Source of the DNA: an uncultured Bacteroidota bacterium
Lineage (GTDB): Bacteria > Bacteroidota > Bacteroidia > JADZBD01
Direction: 5' to 3'
Length of the DNA: 64,000 bases
NCBI GenBank assembly: GCA_937924855.1
Contig: CALEYQ010000043.1
Span: 2,263 to 66,262, forward strand
Of the stretch, positions 44,624 through 54,465 are shown in pieces. The translations under genes were made by a program, and so were the position numbers. A model generated the notes under the pieces. The model worked only from the letters and a program-made list of their open reading frames with translations, was not told where the DNA came from and did not search any database. Each line of letters starts with the position of its first letter. Within the stretch, counting starts at the first letter, position 1.

Positions 44624-47248
44624 TCAGGGCTTTTTTACTGCGTAATTTTCCTGATGAAATTTGAAGTATTCGTTCTTCTTCCGCGATTGAAGCAACTTCG
44701 CATAGTTGTCCGAGGAAATAGCCAAAACCTGATATTCGTTTAAATCAGCGTCGCCAAAAATTTTAACATCCCCAACAAGCATTCGGGTATAATCGTATGC
44801 CTTGTCTCCTCCGTTGTAGCTTTTTATAACAACGAGTCCCGTTTCGAGGTCAAACAAACTGCTGGAAATGTTGAGGCTGCTGTTGGCAAAGTACTCCGCA
44901 TTAAAGTCGCTTATTTTAATTTTCAGGTCATTGCCTTTAAAGCGCTGGCCCGAAAACAAAACAATTACAAAATGTTCGGCTTTTTTGTCGTATTCAAATA
45001 AGGGTTTCTCCTTAACTGTGTCGGCAGGGCTCGGAGTAAATCCGGAAGCGCTTAGTTTTTTACTGGCATCCAAAAGCTCCTGGGCTTTCGTCCTTACAGG
45101 ATCCTTAGGATATTTTATTATTATTTTTTGAAGTGCGTTTTCATATTCAGGCTGATTTCCTGTTTTCCCTATTGCCATGGCCCTGAGCAATAAAAACTTG
45201 GGGGCAATGTCTGTTTTTCCATATAGTGAGTCGGCGGTCTGACAGCGGGAAATTACAGCGGCATAGTTGCCTTTTTTAAACTGTGAATACGTTTCGTTAT
45301 AAAATTTTTCAACCTCGTTTTTTGAGGCCATGAGCTCCTTCCCGTATTCGGGATTTTTTATCATGCGCGCATACTCGGTATCAGGGTATTTGCCCAAAAT
45401 AAGGTTGCGGTATTTATCAGACATTCCCTTGTCCGAAATGCTCAAATACATCCGATACAGCAAATAATAACAACTGAGCTGATATTTGTTTTCGGGGTGC
45501 TTTTTTAAAAACTCTTCAAAGGTTTCTATGGCCTGAGGAATGTCCTGAAGCTGCTCCTTATAAATATTCCCAAGAGTATAATAGGCTTCAACTGTTTTTT
45601 CTTTGGATTTCTTTTTAGCCTCTTCAGAAAAAGGTATGTTCTTTAAATAGTACTCCCTTTTTTTATTGTCGCTGACCACAACTTCGTTCTTGGGAACGCT
45701 GTCTTTCCCCGAAACAGTATTTTCCCCTTCTTCCGGAAGGGCAGACTGCTTATTGCTCCTCCGCCAATCATCTTCATGTTCGCGTGGGCCCCAGCGCTTT
45801 AGAAAATCTGCAACGCCAAAGCTGATTTGGGAGGGATTATAGAAATACCAATTTCCTGAGGAGTTCGTGTTTTGGCTGTTAGGATTGTTTTGATTATTGG
45901 CAGGATTGAATGGGTTATTGGGATTGTTAAGGTTGCTGGCCAGCTCTTTTTCCTTTTCCTCTTTTTTGGTAATTTCTTCTATTATGTTGTCGATGTGCTT
46001 ATTGATTTTTACGGTATCCCACATTGAAATTTTCATCAGGCTGTCCTCGGCATAAATCGTTTCGATGTTCCGGATGAGGCTGGTTAGGGAGCTTTTTTTG
46101 TTGGAAGCCGTAAAATATTCCTTATGATCCTTGGGAAGAAATGTAACCGTGCTGTCATAATACGCCTGGGCATACCGATAACTCCTTCTTTCAAAATTAA
46201 TGTCTGCAAGGCGCAAGTAGCTTTCGGCCTTTTGCCGGGTGTTGGTGACGCTGGTAATGGCCGATAAAGAAAAATGCTTTACGGCAAGGGTCGTGTCCTT
46301 TTCTTTGATAGCCATCTCGCCCAAAGCAAAATGAATCTGGTCGCGGTACTCCCTGTTTTTCGGATCCTGAAGCATTTTATGAAGCTCTTTTTTCACCGCT
46401 TTGTTGTTTCTGCTGCTCACTGTCAGGGCTCTCCTGATTTTGGCATTAAAAAGCATTTCATAGGGGGGGGCCATGGAAGCACATTGCTGGTAATAGTTGC
46501 TTGCTTTACTATGCTGTCCAAGTTCTTCGTGAAGCTGTGCAAGGATAAAAGTTAGCCGCGCCCTTTGCTTTTTACTCTTTTCAAGCGGTATGGCTTTTTT
46601 GAGCGCGGCAATGGCCTTCTCACGATCGCCCATCATTACAAAATACTCAGCTTTTAACGATTCCAGCATCCCTTGATGCTTTTTGGGAAAGTTCTTGTCC
46701 GCGTCAAGAAGGGCAATGATTGCCTGCGTATTAATGACGCTGTTCTGGGCATTGTAGGTCTTTATAAGCCAAAGGAGAGCAAGATACTTAGAGGGATTGT
46801 CTTTATACTTCTTCACTACATACTCAAACACATCAATAGCCTCAAAATAGTCTCTTTTAAAGTAATGCCCCTGCCCAAGGACCAAATAATTTTCATCAAT
46901 CCAGCGACAATGCTCCTTGCCTTTAATCAGCATGCTATGCTTTGCTATAACCGTAGAAGTCTTGGTTATGGCCCTGTCCCAGTGGGAGTTGTTGGAAAAA
47001 GCGGCTTTTTCGTCCGCATACCGGTAAAAGGGAAGAATCCTGCTATAATCGTCGACATGGGATTTGTCCAGCTTTAATACCCCTTCCTTTAAAGCCTCCC
47101 TGGCCCAGTAAAAGCCATTAAACCGGGCATTCAGGTTATGGTAGGCCCTGTTTGGGAACTTGTTTTTCTTGGTCGAGCACCCCAATAGAAGAACAAGGGT
47201 GGCTATTGCCACCCCTAAAAACGAACTTCCTTTGCTAATGCCCTTCAT
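44624..47248 (-). CDS. sprE: T9SS/gliding lipoprotein SprE (PorW family), TPR-containing
   Basis: 874 aa. The lipobox is LLLGCSTKKNKFPNRAYHNLNARFNGFYW, multiple TPR-like helices follow, and there is a central Asn-rich tract ending GNWYFYNP. Size and layout match SprE/PorW as I recall them. Confidence 0.6.
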   Translation of the reverse strand: MKGISKGSSFLGVAIATLVLLLGCSTKKNKFPNRAYHNLNARFNGFYWAREALKEGVLKLDKSHVDDYSRILPFYRYADEKAAFSNNSHWDRAITKTSTVIAKHSMLIKGKEHCRWIDENYLVLGQGHYFKRDYFEAIDVFEYVVKKYKDNPSKYLALLWLIKTYNAQNSVINTQAIIALLDADKNFPKKHQGMLESLKAEYFVMMGDREKAIAALKKAIPLEKSKKQRARLTFILAQLHEELGQHSKASNYYQQCASMAPPYEMLFNAKIRRALTVSSRNNKAVKKELHKMLQDPKNREYRDQIHFALGEMAIKEKDTTLAVKHFSLSAITSVTNTRQKAESYLRLADINFERRSYRYAQAYYDSTVTFLPKDHKEYFTASNKKSSLTSLIRNIETIYAEDSLMKISMWDTVKINKHIDNIIEEITKKEEKEKELASNLNNPNNPFNPANNQNNPNSQNTNSSGNWYFYNPSQISFGVADFLKRWGPREHEDDWRRSNKQSALPEEGENTVSGKDSVPKNEVVVSDNKKREYYLKNIPFSEEAKKKSKEKTVEAYYTLGNIYKEQLQDIPQAIETFEEFLKKHPENKYQLSCYYLLYRMYLSISDKGMSDKYRNLILGKYPDTEYARMIKNPEYGKELMASKNEVEKFYNETYSQFKKGNYAAVISRCQTADSLYGKTDIAPKFLLLRAMAIGKTGNQPEYENALQKIIIKYPKDPVRTKAQELLDASKKLSASGFTPSPADTVKEKPLFEYDKKAEHFVIVLFSGQRFKGNDLKIKISDFNAEYFANSSLNISSSLFDLETGLVVIKSYNGGDKAYDYTRMLVGDVKIFGDADLNEYQVLAISSDNYAKLLQSRKKNEYFKFHQENYAVKKP

Positions 47249-47280
47249 TTTGGCGCCTAAACTACTTAACTCAAAGATGG

Positions 47281-47288
47281 CAAAAATA
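47281..47288 (-). promoter_or_regulatory. Candidate -7 box (TATTTTTG on the minus strand) for sprE
   Basis: Plus-strand CAAAAATA lies 32 nt upstream of the ATG at 47248. Confidence 0.35.
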
Positions 47289-47318
47289 TTTTATTTACCC
47301 GATATTTGCAGCCTTCCA

Positions 47319-48191
47319 ATGGAATCCCCGAAAAAGAAAAAGGTAAGCTGGAAAAAGCTTAAAAACAGGTACCGCCTGGTAGTAATGAACGACGACACTT
47401 TTGAAGAGAAGTTGTCGCTTCGACTTACCCCGCTGGGTTTGTTTGTTTTGGTGGGAACCATAAGTCTGATAATGACCACATTGGTAATATCGCTGGTGGC
47501 ATTTACCCCGCTTCGGGAATACATTCCGGGCTATTCCATGGAGCCGGAAATCAAGAAAAGGCTGATTGGCCTTTCGGAAAAATCCGACTCTCTCGAGAAT
47601 GCCCTTTTTCTAAAAACCCAATACCTGGAAAATATCCGCCTGGTTTTGTCCGGGGAAATAAAGGCCGACACCTTGCTCAACCCCAAAGACACAAGCCTGA
47701 AATACAAAAATCTGAAGTTGACTCCTTCGCATGAGGACAGCATTCTCAGGAAAGAAGTTGAGCGCCAGGATAAGTTCTCGGTTAAGGTGGGAATGGATCA
47801 AAAACTAAAAAATTCCATGGCCGGGTTTTTCTTTTTTTCGCCGGTAAAGGGAGTAATTTCCTCCTCTTTCAACGCAGCGGAAAATCATTTTGGAATCGAT
47901 ATAGTTACCGCAGAAAACGAAGCCATTAAGTCAACTCTTGATGGTACAATAATTTATTCCGGATGGAGTTCAGAATCAGGAAATGTAATTCAGATACAAC
48001 ACTCCAATAATCTTGTTTCAGTGTATAAACACGCCTCCAGGCTTCTTAAAAAAGTTGGCCAGCATGTAAAGGCCGGCGAGGTGGTAGGTCTTGTGGGAAG
48101 CTCAGGAGAGCTTTCTACCGGCCCCCATTTGCATTTTGAAATTTGGTTCAACGGCAACCCCCTGAACCCCTCTGACCTAATTGTGTTTTGA
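47319..48191 (+). CDS. M23 family metallopeptidase with N-terminal membrane anchor
   Basis: The start was moved to MESPKKKKVSWKK...RLVVMNDDTFEE. There is a TM (LFVLVGTISLIMTTLVISLVAF). The C-terminus has HFGIDI...HSNNLVSVYKH...GPHLHFEIW. Confidence 0.8.
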   Translation: MESPKKKKVSWKKLKNRYRLVVMNDDTFEEKLSLRLTPLGLFVLVGTISLIMTTLVISLVAFTPLREYIPGYSMEPEIKKRLIGLSEKSDSLENALFLKTQYLENIRLVLSGEIKADTLLNPKDTSLKYKNLKLTPSHEDSILRKEVERQDKFSVKVGMDQKLKNSMAGFFFFSPVKGVISSSFNAAENHFGIDIVTAENEAIKSTLDGTIIYSGWSSESGNVIQIQHSNNLVSVYKHASRLLKKVGQHVKAGEVVGLVGSSGELSTGPHLHFEIWFNGNPLNPSDLIVF

Positions 48192-49348
48192 TGGAAAAAC
48201 GCCGCCTCGCCATTCTGGGCTCAACAGGAAGCATAGGAAACCAGACCCTGGATGTGGTTCGCAACTTTCCTGATAAATTTTCCATTGAGCTCCTTGCCGC
48301 CTATGGAAACTCAGAGCTTCTCGTTAAGCAGGCCCGGGAATTTCAACCCAATTTTGTTGTTGCAGGAAGCCGCCAGGCATACGATACAGCAAAAACTGCT
48401 TTGGCTGATTTGGACTTAAAAGTTTATTTGGGAACCGAAAGTCTTTGTGATTTAATGGGGCTCGACAACTTTGATCTTGTGGTGGCTGCCATTGTGGGTG
48501 TTGCGGGACTGGAATCAACCTATGCAGCAGCAAAAGCCGGCAAAAATATTGCTCTTGCCAACAAGGAGTCTCTGGTTGTGGGTGGTGCAGCAGTAGTCGA
48601 AGCCCTGAAAAAATCCGGTGGAACTCTTTTGCCCATAGACTCCGAACACAGTGCTATTTTCCAGTGCCTGGCAGGGGAGGCCTTTTCCGGAATAGAACAT
48701 TTGATCCTCACGGCTTCAGGGGGGCCGTTCAGGAAATATTCCCGAGAAGAGCTTGTCAGGGCAGAACCCGAAAAGGCGCTTGTTCATCCCAACTGGAAAA
48801 TGGGTCCGAAAATAACCATCGACTCTGCTACCTTAATGAACAAAGGGCTTGAAATTATCGAGGCTTCCTGGTTATTTGGCTTGAAAGAGGAAAAAATAAA
48901 AGTGGTTATCCATCCCGAATCACTTATTCATTCCATGGTGCAATTTACCGACGGAAATATTAAAGCACAGATTTCCCTTCCCGACATGCGCATTCCCATC
49001 CATTATGCCTTGTTTTATCCCCATCGTAAGCCCGGCAATTACCCCAAAATGTCCTTTTCCGAGACCCTTTCCATGTCTTTTGAGCCCCCTGATTCAGACC
49101 GGTTCCCTGCCTTAGGTCTTGCCCGCGAAGCCCTTCGCAAGGGCGGTTCCTACCCTGCTGTGCTCAACGCCGCCAATGAGTGGTCCGTTCAGCATTTCCT
49201 AAAGGGGGAGCTCTCCTTTTATGGAATAACCGACCTGGTTGAAAAGGCCATGTTTGCCATTGGTAAAGCAGGTGCTTCTTCGCTGGAAGAAGTATTGGCG
49301 GCCGATAAAGAAACCCGGGAATTTTGCCGGGAAGCAAAAGGAAAGTAA
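48191..49348 (+). CDS. dxr: 1-deoxy-D-xylulose-5-phosphate reductoisomerase
   Basis: LAILGSTGSIGNQTLDV, LANKESLV, DSEHSAIFQC and HPNWKMG. ATG 48191 overlaps the upstream TGA by 1 nt. Confidence 0.95.
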   Translation: MEKRRLAILGSTGSIGNQTLDVVRNFPDKFSIELLAAYGNSELLVKQAREFQPNFVVAGSRQAYDTAKTALADLDLKVYLGTESLCDLMGLDNFDLVVAAIVGVAGLESTYAAAKAGKNIALANKESLVVGGAAVVEALKKSGGTLLPIDSEHSAIFQCLAGEAFSGIEHLILTASGGPFRKYSREELVRAEPEKALVHPNWKMGPKITIDSATLMNKGLEIIEASWLFGLKEEKIKVVIHPESLIHSMVQFTDGNIKAQISLPDMRIPIHYALFYPHRKPGNYPKMSFSETLSMSFEPPDSDRFPALGLAREALRKGGSYPAVLNAANEWSVQHFLKGELSFYGITDLVEKAMFAIGKAGASSLEEVLAADKETREFCREAKGK

Positions 49349-49354
49349 AAACCC

Positions 49355-51466
49355 ATGATATTTTTTCGGAAATTCGTTCCGATGACCCGTGGGAAAAAAC
49401 AATTTGTTGCTATTCTATTTTCCGTCCTGTTTTTTTTCCTGAACTGCCCTGCCCTTCCGCGGCAAACCAGCGCCGATCTGTTTAACTATAAGGAAAAAAC
49501 AGACAGCATTTCCCGGTTAATCCGGGAAGGAGGGTCGGATTCCGTAATGGAAAGACATTACCTGGCCATTCAGAATATCTGGTACCTGGTAAACAAAGAT
49601 TCTGGGGCCGCATCGGCTATGAGCGCAGCCGGATATTTCAATTCGCGAAAAAATCTTCCTCTTGAAGTACAATTCCTTCGTAGGGCGGCCGGCTTTTACC
49701 ATCGCGCCAATAATTACACCCGTGGCCTGGAATTATACCTTACCGCATTGGGAAAAGCTGAGTCGGGGAACCTTCCTCTGGAGTTTGCTAAAGTGTGTTC
49801 AGGGATTGCTAATCTTTATTCTGACAAATTTCAGGTAACCGGCAGTTTCGACGATCTTGAAAAAGCCATTTCAACCCAGCAAAAGGCCATCAAAACCCTT
49901 GAGCCCTTGAACGACTCTGCCTTGCTGATTTCCGCCTATAATAGTCTGGGCCAAAAATTAATGATGAAGCACGATTTTAGGTCTGCTCAGGATTTTTATC
50001 AAAAAGCCGCCCAGATAGCAGAGGCTTCCCAAAACGAACCGGGGCTGATTCTCTCCTATGAAAATCTCGGCGCTTCGTTTCTGGTGGAAGGTGACAAAAA
50101 AAACGATTTCGCCATTTTGTCCAAAAGCCTGTTTTTTTATGAAAAAAGCTTAAAGCTTGCTGGTAGAGAATCTACCGACGCCCGTCACGGAAAAGTGCTC
50201 AGTCAAATTTCCCGAATCTATCTTAAGATGGGGTTTCATGAAAAAGCATATGAATACCTTGACAAAGGCCTGAAGATTGCCCGCCTTCATAATGAAACCA
50301 CCTTGCTGAGGGACATTTACGGGATGATGGCGCTGTTCCACGAAAACAGGGGCGACTACAAAAAGGCTTTTCATTTCCAAAAACTATGGGTTTCCCTCAA
50401 AGACTCCCTGCTTTCCACCGAGGCCATGAAAAACATGAATCAGCTTCAGGCGGTTTATGATAATGTAAAACAACAACAGGAAATACAACTTCTCAAAAAA
50501 GATCAGAGCATTAAGAACCTCGAACTCGAGGCACGGGAAAACACCCTCAAGCGAAACCGGTTGATTATTATTTCTTCGATTTGTGTGGCTGTACTTCTGG
50601 GCTTGCTGGCCCTGCTGGTTGTCAACCGCAGCCTTATTCGCAAAAAAGCCAACGAAAGCCTGAGCAAGGCCTATGAAACAATACAGGCTCAAAACAAAAG
50701 CATTACCGACAGCATTACCTATGCTAAAAGAATTCAGGACTCTTTCATAGCCAACGAATCAGATCTGAAAAAAGTTTTTCCCGATTCCTTTATTTTTTAC
50801 CGTCAGCTTCAGATTGTGAGCGGTGACTTTTGCTGGGTGTGCGAGTCGCAGGGGAAGTTGTTTTTAGCCGTGGCAGATTGCACAGGCCATGGAGTGCCGG
50901 GAGCCCTGATGAGCATGGTTGGAAACACCCTGCTTAAAGAAATCATTATTCAAAAAAACATTTCTGATCCCGGAAAAGCTTTGTCTGAGCTTAATAAGGG
51001 CATCGTAAACAGCCTGAATCAGGAAGGGGGCGACATTATGGGCCAATCTGACGGAATGGATATTAGTTTGCTGGTCTGGGATCCGCTTACCCGAAAAGCT
51101 TTATTTGCAGGCGCCAGTCAAAATTTAATTGTTTGTAATCGTTCCGGCGCCCGTCTGATCGAAGGCAGCCCCAGTCCCGCAGGGGGCGGATTTGGTGATG
51201 TGTCTCCCAGGTTTACCACCTCCCAAATCGAAGGCGAAAAGGGTTTGCGCCTCTTTCTTTATACCGATGGCATTACCGACCAGTTTGGAGGAGAAAACGA
51301 CCGGAAACTGGGTTCCGGCCGGCTCCTGAAAATGATTACAGAATCCGCCGCCCTTCCCCTCGATGAGCAGGGTCAAACCCTGGTTAAGGGGTTTGATGCG
51401 TGGAAAGGCGATCAGAAGCAAACAGATGATGTACTTTTGGTGGCTATTGCCCTGAATTTCCCTTAG
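49355..51466 (+). CDS. Sensor phosphatase: signal/TM, extracytoplasmic TPR repeats, TM, SpoIIE (PP2C) domain
   Basis: 703 aa. There are TPR-like units across aa ~70-340, a coiled coil and a TM (LIIISSICVAVLLGLLALLVV). SITYAKRIQDS, SGDFCWV, DCTGHGVPGALMS, TDGITDQFGG and DDVLLVAI follow. Confidence 0.85.
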   Translation: MIFFRKFVPMTRGKKQFVAILFSVLFFFLNCPALPRQTSADLFNYKEKTDSISRLIREGGSDSVMERHYLAIQNIWYLVNKDSGAASAMSAAGYFNSRKNLPLEVQFLRRAAGFYHRANNYTRGLELYLTALGKAESGNLPLEFAKVCSGIANLYSDKFQVTGSFDDLEKAISTQQKAIKTLEPLNDSALLISAYNSLGQKLMMKHDFRSAQDFYQKAAQIAEASQNEPGLILSYENLGASFLVEGDKKNDFAILSKSLFFYEKSLKLAGRESTDARHGKVLSQISRIYLKMGFHEKAYEYLDKGLKIARLHNETTLLRDIYGMMALFHENRGDYKKAFHFQKLWVSLKDSLLSTEAMKNMNQLQAVYDNVKQQQEIQLLKKDQSIKNLELEARENTLKRNRLIIISSICVAVLLGLLALLVVNRSLIRKKANESLSKAYETIQAQNKSITDSITYAKRIQDSFIANESDLKKVFPDSFIFYRQLQIVSGDFCWVCESQGKLFLAVADCTGHGVPGALMSMVGNTLLKEIIIQKNISDPGKALSELNKGIVNSLNQEGGDIMGQSDGMDISLLVWDPLTRKALFAGASQNLIVCNRSGARLIEGSPSPAGGGFGDVSPRFTTSQIEGEKGLRLFLYTDGITDQFGGENDRKLGSGRLLKMITESAALPLDEQGQTLVKGFDAWKGDQKQTDDVLLVAIALNFP

Positions 51467-51492
51467 GTTATTTCTATATCTTTGCAGCCCTG

Positions 51493-52794
51493 ATGTCACT
51501 GGCAATTCAGCTTTTGCTCTCCCTTTCCCTCCTCATCGTTCTCCATGAGCTGGGCCATTTTATCCCTGCCCGCCTTTTTAAAACCCGCGTAGAAAAATTT
51601 TATCTTTTTTTCGACCCCTGGTTTTCCCTGTTTAAAGTTAAAAAGGGAGGAACCGAATACGGAATAGGCTGGCTGCCACTTGGCGGCTACGTGAAAATAA
51701 GCGGGATGATCGACGAGAGTATGGACAAGGAGCAAATGAAAAAACCTCCTCAGCCCTGGGAGTTCCGCTCCAAGCCTGCCTGGCAAAGGCTTATCATTAT
51801 GACCGGCGGCGTTATTGTAAATCTGCTCCTGGGCGTGATTATTTATGCCATGGTGCTTTTCACCTGGGGCAAAGAAACCCTGCCTCCGGAAAACGCAACT
51901 TATGGAATCGCATGCGATTCCCTCGCCCTTGAAATTGGATTTAAAAACGGCGACAAGATTGTTTCCGCCGATGGAGAGCCCATTAAACACCTCGCAAGAC
52001 TGCCAATTCACATTATCCTCGATGGGGCCAAAACAATCGAAGTAATCCGCGACGGAAAACCCCATCAAATACAAATTCTTCCCCAGCATGTAAGCCGCCT
52101 GATACAGGTAAACAAAAAAGGTCCGTTTGTAGTGGCGCGTTTCCCTGCTGAGATAGACTCCCTTTTGCCGGGATACAACGCCGAAAAAGCCGGTCTGCAA
52201 AAAGGCGATCTTATTATTGCGGTTGACTCCACCCCTACCCCTTACTATCAGGATGTGGCCAGGCTCATTCATAAAAACAAGGGAAAGGAAGTTTCTTTTA
52301 CGCTGGTGAGAAATAACGACACACTTCAAAAATCTGTTTTCGTAAATCCCGACAGCCTTACCGGGTTCAAACCCAACGAGGAAAAGTACCTGAAGTATCA
52401 GAAAGTTACATACTCCTTCTGGGGCTCCTTCCCTGCGGGCATTGAAGAGGGATTGGATAAAATCCGCCTTCAGGTAAAACAAATTGTAGTGTTGTTTACC
52501 GTTGATGAAGCTTATAAAAGCCTGGGAGGGTTTTACTCCTTTGCCCAGGTGTTTGACCCCAATTGGAACTGGCAGGTTTTCTGGACCTTCACTGCTTTTC
52601 TCTCTATAGTACTTGCCTTCATGAACATTTTACCCATTCCCGCCCTAGACGGCGGGCATGTTATGTTCCTTCTTTATGAAATTATTACCGGGCGAAAACC
52701 CAATGAAAAATTCATGGAATATGCCCAGTATGCCGGAATGCTCTTGTTGCTGGCTTTAATGCTCTATGCAAACACAGACTGGTTCCGGCGCTGA
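51493..52794 (+). CDS. rseP: RIP site-2 metalloprotease RseP
   Basis: HELGHF at the N-terminus, PDZ-like central domains, and C-terminal NILPIPALDGGH. Confidence 0.92.
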   Translation: MSLAIQLLLSLSLLIVLHELGHFIPARLFKTRVEKFYLFFDPWFSLFKVKKGGTEYGIGWLPLGGYVKISGMIDESMDKEQMKKPPQPWEFRSKPAWQRLIIMTGGVIVNLLLGVIIYAMVLFTWGKETLPPENATYGIACDSLALEIGFKNGDKIVSADGEPIKHLARLPIHIILDGAKTIEVIRDGKPHQIQILPQHVSRLIQVNKKGPFVVARFPAEIDSLLPGYNAEKAGLQKGDLIIAVDSTPTPYYQDVARLIHKNKGKEVSFTLVRNNDTLQKSVFVNPDSLTGFKPNEEKYLKYQKVTYSFWGSFPAGIEEGLDKIRLQVKQIVVLFTVDEAYKSLGGFYSFAQVFDPNWNWQVFWTFTAFLSIVLAFMNILPIPALDGGHVMFLLYEIITGRKPNEKFMEYAQYAGMLLLLALMLYANTDWFRR

Positions 52795-52829
52795 TTTTTT
52801 TTTCAATGCCAAATGCTTAAATTACATCC

Positions 52830-54380
52830 ATGGAAGCCACTGCACTAAATCCCAAAATTTCAAGCGCATTAAAAAGTCTGGGACTTGAGGGTTCCTTATA
52901 CGGCGCTTCAACAGGTCAAAAAAATTTTCCCGGCAAGGGAAATTCTCTGTCGTCATTTTCTCCGGTAGACGGTTCTTTAATAGCAACCCTTTCCAATGCA
53001 AGTCCGGAAGAGTATGAGCAGGTAATGTCTGCTGCCGAAGAAGGCTTTAAGGCCTGGAGAAAAATTCCTGCCCCTAAGCGGGGAGAAATTGTGCGCCAGA
53101 TGGGCGACGAACTGCGCAAACACAAAAACGACCTGGGCTTGCTGGTTTCCTACGAAATGGGGAAAAGCTATCAGGAAGGTTTGGGAGAAGTTCAGGAGAT
53201 GATCGACATCTGCGATTTTGCCGTAGGCCTTTCACGGCAACTTTACGGCTTAACCATGCATTCCGAACGACCCAGCCACCGCATGTATGAGCAATGGCAT
53301 CCTCTTGGAATTGTAGGCGTAATTTCTGCTTTTAATTTTCCGGTAGCTGTTTGGAGCTGGAACGCCATGATAGCATGGGTCTGCGGAGATGTGGTGGTAT
53401 GGAAGCCCTCATCCAAAACGCCCTTGTGCGCACTTGCCTGCCAGAACATTATTCGCTCCGTGCTGAAAAAAAACAATGTTCCGGAAGGCGTTTCCTGTCT
53501 GGTTATCGGAAATGCCATGGGCGACCTTATCAACAACGATCCGAGAATTCCCCTGGTTTCATTTACCGGCTCTACCCGTATTGGAAAAACAGTGGCCACA
53601 GCTGTAGCCGGCCGATTCGGAAGAACAATACTTGAGCTGGGAGGAAACAATGCCATAATTATTTCCCAGCATGCCGATTTAAATATGGTATTAACCGGGG
53701 CTGTTTTTGGTGCGGTGGGAACCGCGGGTCAGCGTTGCACAAGCACCCGTCGACTCATTGTACACGAAAGCATTTACGACAAAACGCTTTCGGTATTGAA
53801 AAGCGCTTATGCACAATTAAAAGTGGGAGACCCTCTTAACGAAAACAATCATGTGGGTCCCCTTATCGATAAAAAGGCGGTTGAGGATTATCTTGGCGCC
53901 ATTGAAAAAGCCAAAGCCGAAGGAGGAAAAATTATTGTTGAGGGCGGTGTTCTCACCGGAAAGGGATACGAGTCGGGCTGCTATGTAAAACCCTGTATTA
54001 TTGAAGCAAAACCAGAATTTAAAATTGTTTGCGAAGAAACTTTTGCCCCGGTGCTTTATGTGATGAAATATAAAAACATGGATGAGGCCATTCAAATTCA
54101 GAACAATGTGCCTCAGGGGCTTTCCTCCAGCATCTTTACCCTTAACATGCGGGAAATGGAGCAGTTCCTGAGCTGCGAAGGAAGCGATTGCGGAATAGCG
54201 AACGTTAACATTGGAACATCCGGGGCCGAAATCGGAGGTGCTTTCGGAGGAGAAAAAGAAACCGGTGGCGGAAGAGAGTCGGGAAGCGACAGCTGGAAAG
54301 CATATATGAGAAGACAAACAAACACCATAAATTTCGGAACCTCGCTGCCCTTGGCACAGGGGATCAAATTTGAAATCTAA
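52830..54380 (+). CDS. ALDH7/antiquitin-type aldehyde dehydrogenase (aminoadipate-semialdehyde dehydrogenase-like)
   Basis: GEVQEMIDICDFAVGLSRQLYGL...ERP.HRMYEQWHPLG, ELGGNNA, and the catalytic Cys in GTAGQRCTSTRR. Confidence 0.88.
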   Translation: MEATALNPKISSALKSLGLEGSLYGASTGQKNFPGKGNSLSSFSPVDGSLIATLSNASPEEYEQVMSAAEEGFKAWRKIPAPKRGEIVRQMGDELRKHKNDLGLLVSYEMGKSYQEGLGEVQEMIDICDFAVGLSRQLYGLTMHSERPSHRMYEQWHPLGIVGVISAFNFPVAVWSWNAMIAWVCGDVVVWKPSSKTPLCALACQNIIRSVLKKNNVPEGVSCLVIGNAMGDLINNDPRIPLVSFTGSTRIGKTVATAVAGRFGRTILELGGNNAIIISQHADLNMVLTGAVFGAVGTAGQRCTSTRRLIVHESIYDKTLSVLKSAYAQLKVGDPLNENNHVGPLIDKKAVEDYLGAIEKAKAEGGKIIVEGGVLTGKGYESGCYVKPCIIEAKPEFKIVCEETFAPVLYVMKYKNMDEAIQIQNNVPQGLSSSIFTLNMREMEQFLSCEGSDCGIANVNIGTSGAEIGGAFGGEKETGGGRESGSDSWKAYMRRQTNTINFGTSLPLAQGIKFEI

Positions 54381-54404
54381 TAATTCCTTTTACTCTGATT
54401 TAAG

Positions 54405-54428
54405 GCCCTGCGGAAAAGCGGGGCTTTT
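54405..54428 (+). terminator. Candidate Rho-independent terminator
   Basis: GCCCTGC-GGAAAA-GCGGGGC (one G-U pair) followed by TTTTCATTTT. Confidence 0.55.
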
Positions 54429-54435
54429 CATTTTG

Positions 54436-54443
54436 TATATTTG
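54436..54443 (+). promoter_or_regulatory. Candidate -7 box TATATTTG
   Basis: It matches TAnnTTTG, 22 nt upstream of ATG 54466. Confidence 0.4.
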
Positions 54444-54465
54444 CTCTTCATGAAAAACAAATCCC

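Noticed and set aside
47160-47318. An N-terminal extension of the M23 peptidase ORF that overlaps the divergent sprE start.
   Set aside because: It would overlap the sprE start codon and its candidate -7 box. The ATG at 47319 gives the basic N-terminus and TM anchor expected for this type of M23 protein.
51496-52482. A 328-aa ORF antisense to rseP, the longest unexplained ORF in the track.
   Set aside because: It lies entirely inside a confidently identified gene (HELGHF, PDZ, NILPIPALDGGH). It has no recognisable motif, TM helix or signal, and no promoter-like box upstream. Its composition (F/N/K/G-rich, many short basic runs) is typical of a shadow frame. I treat it as a chance open frame.
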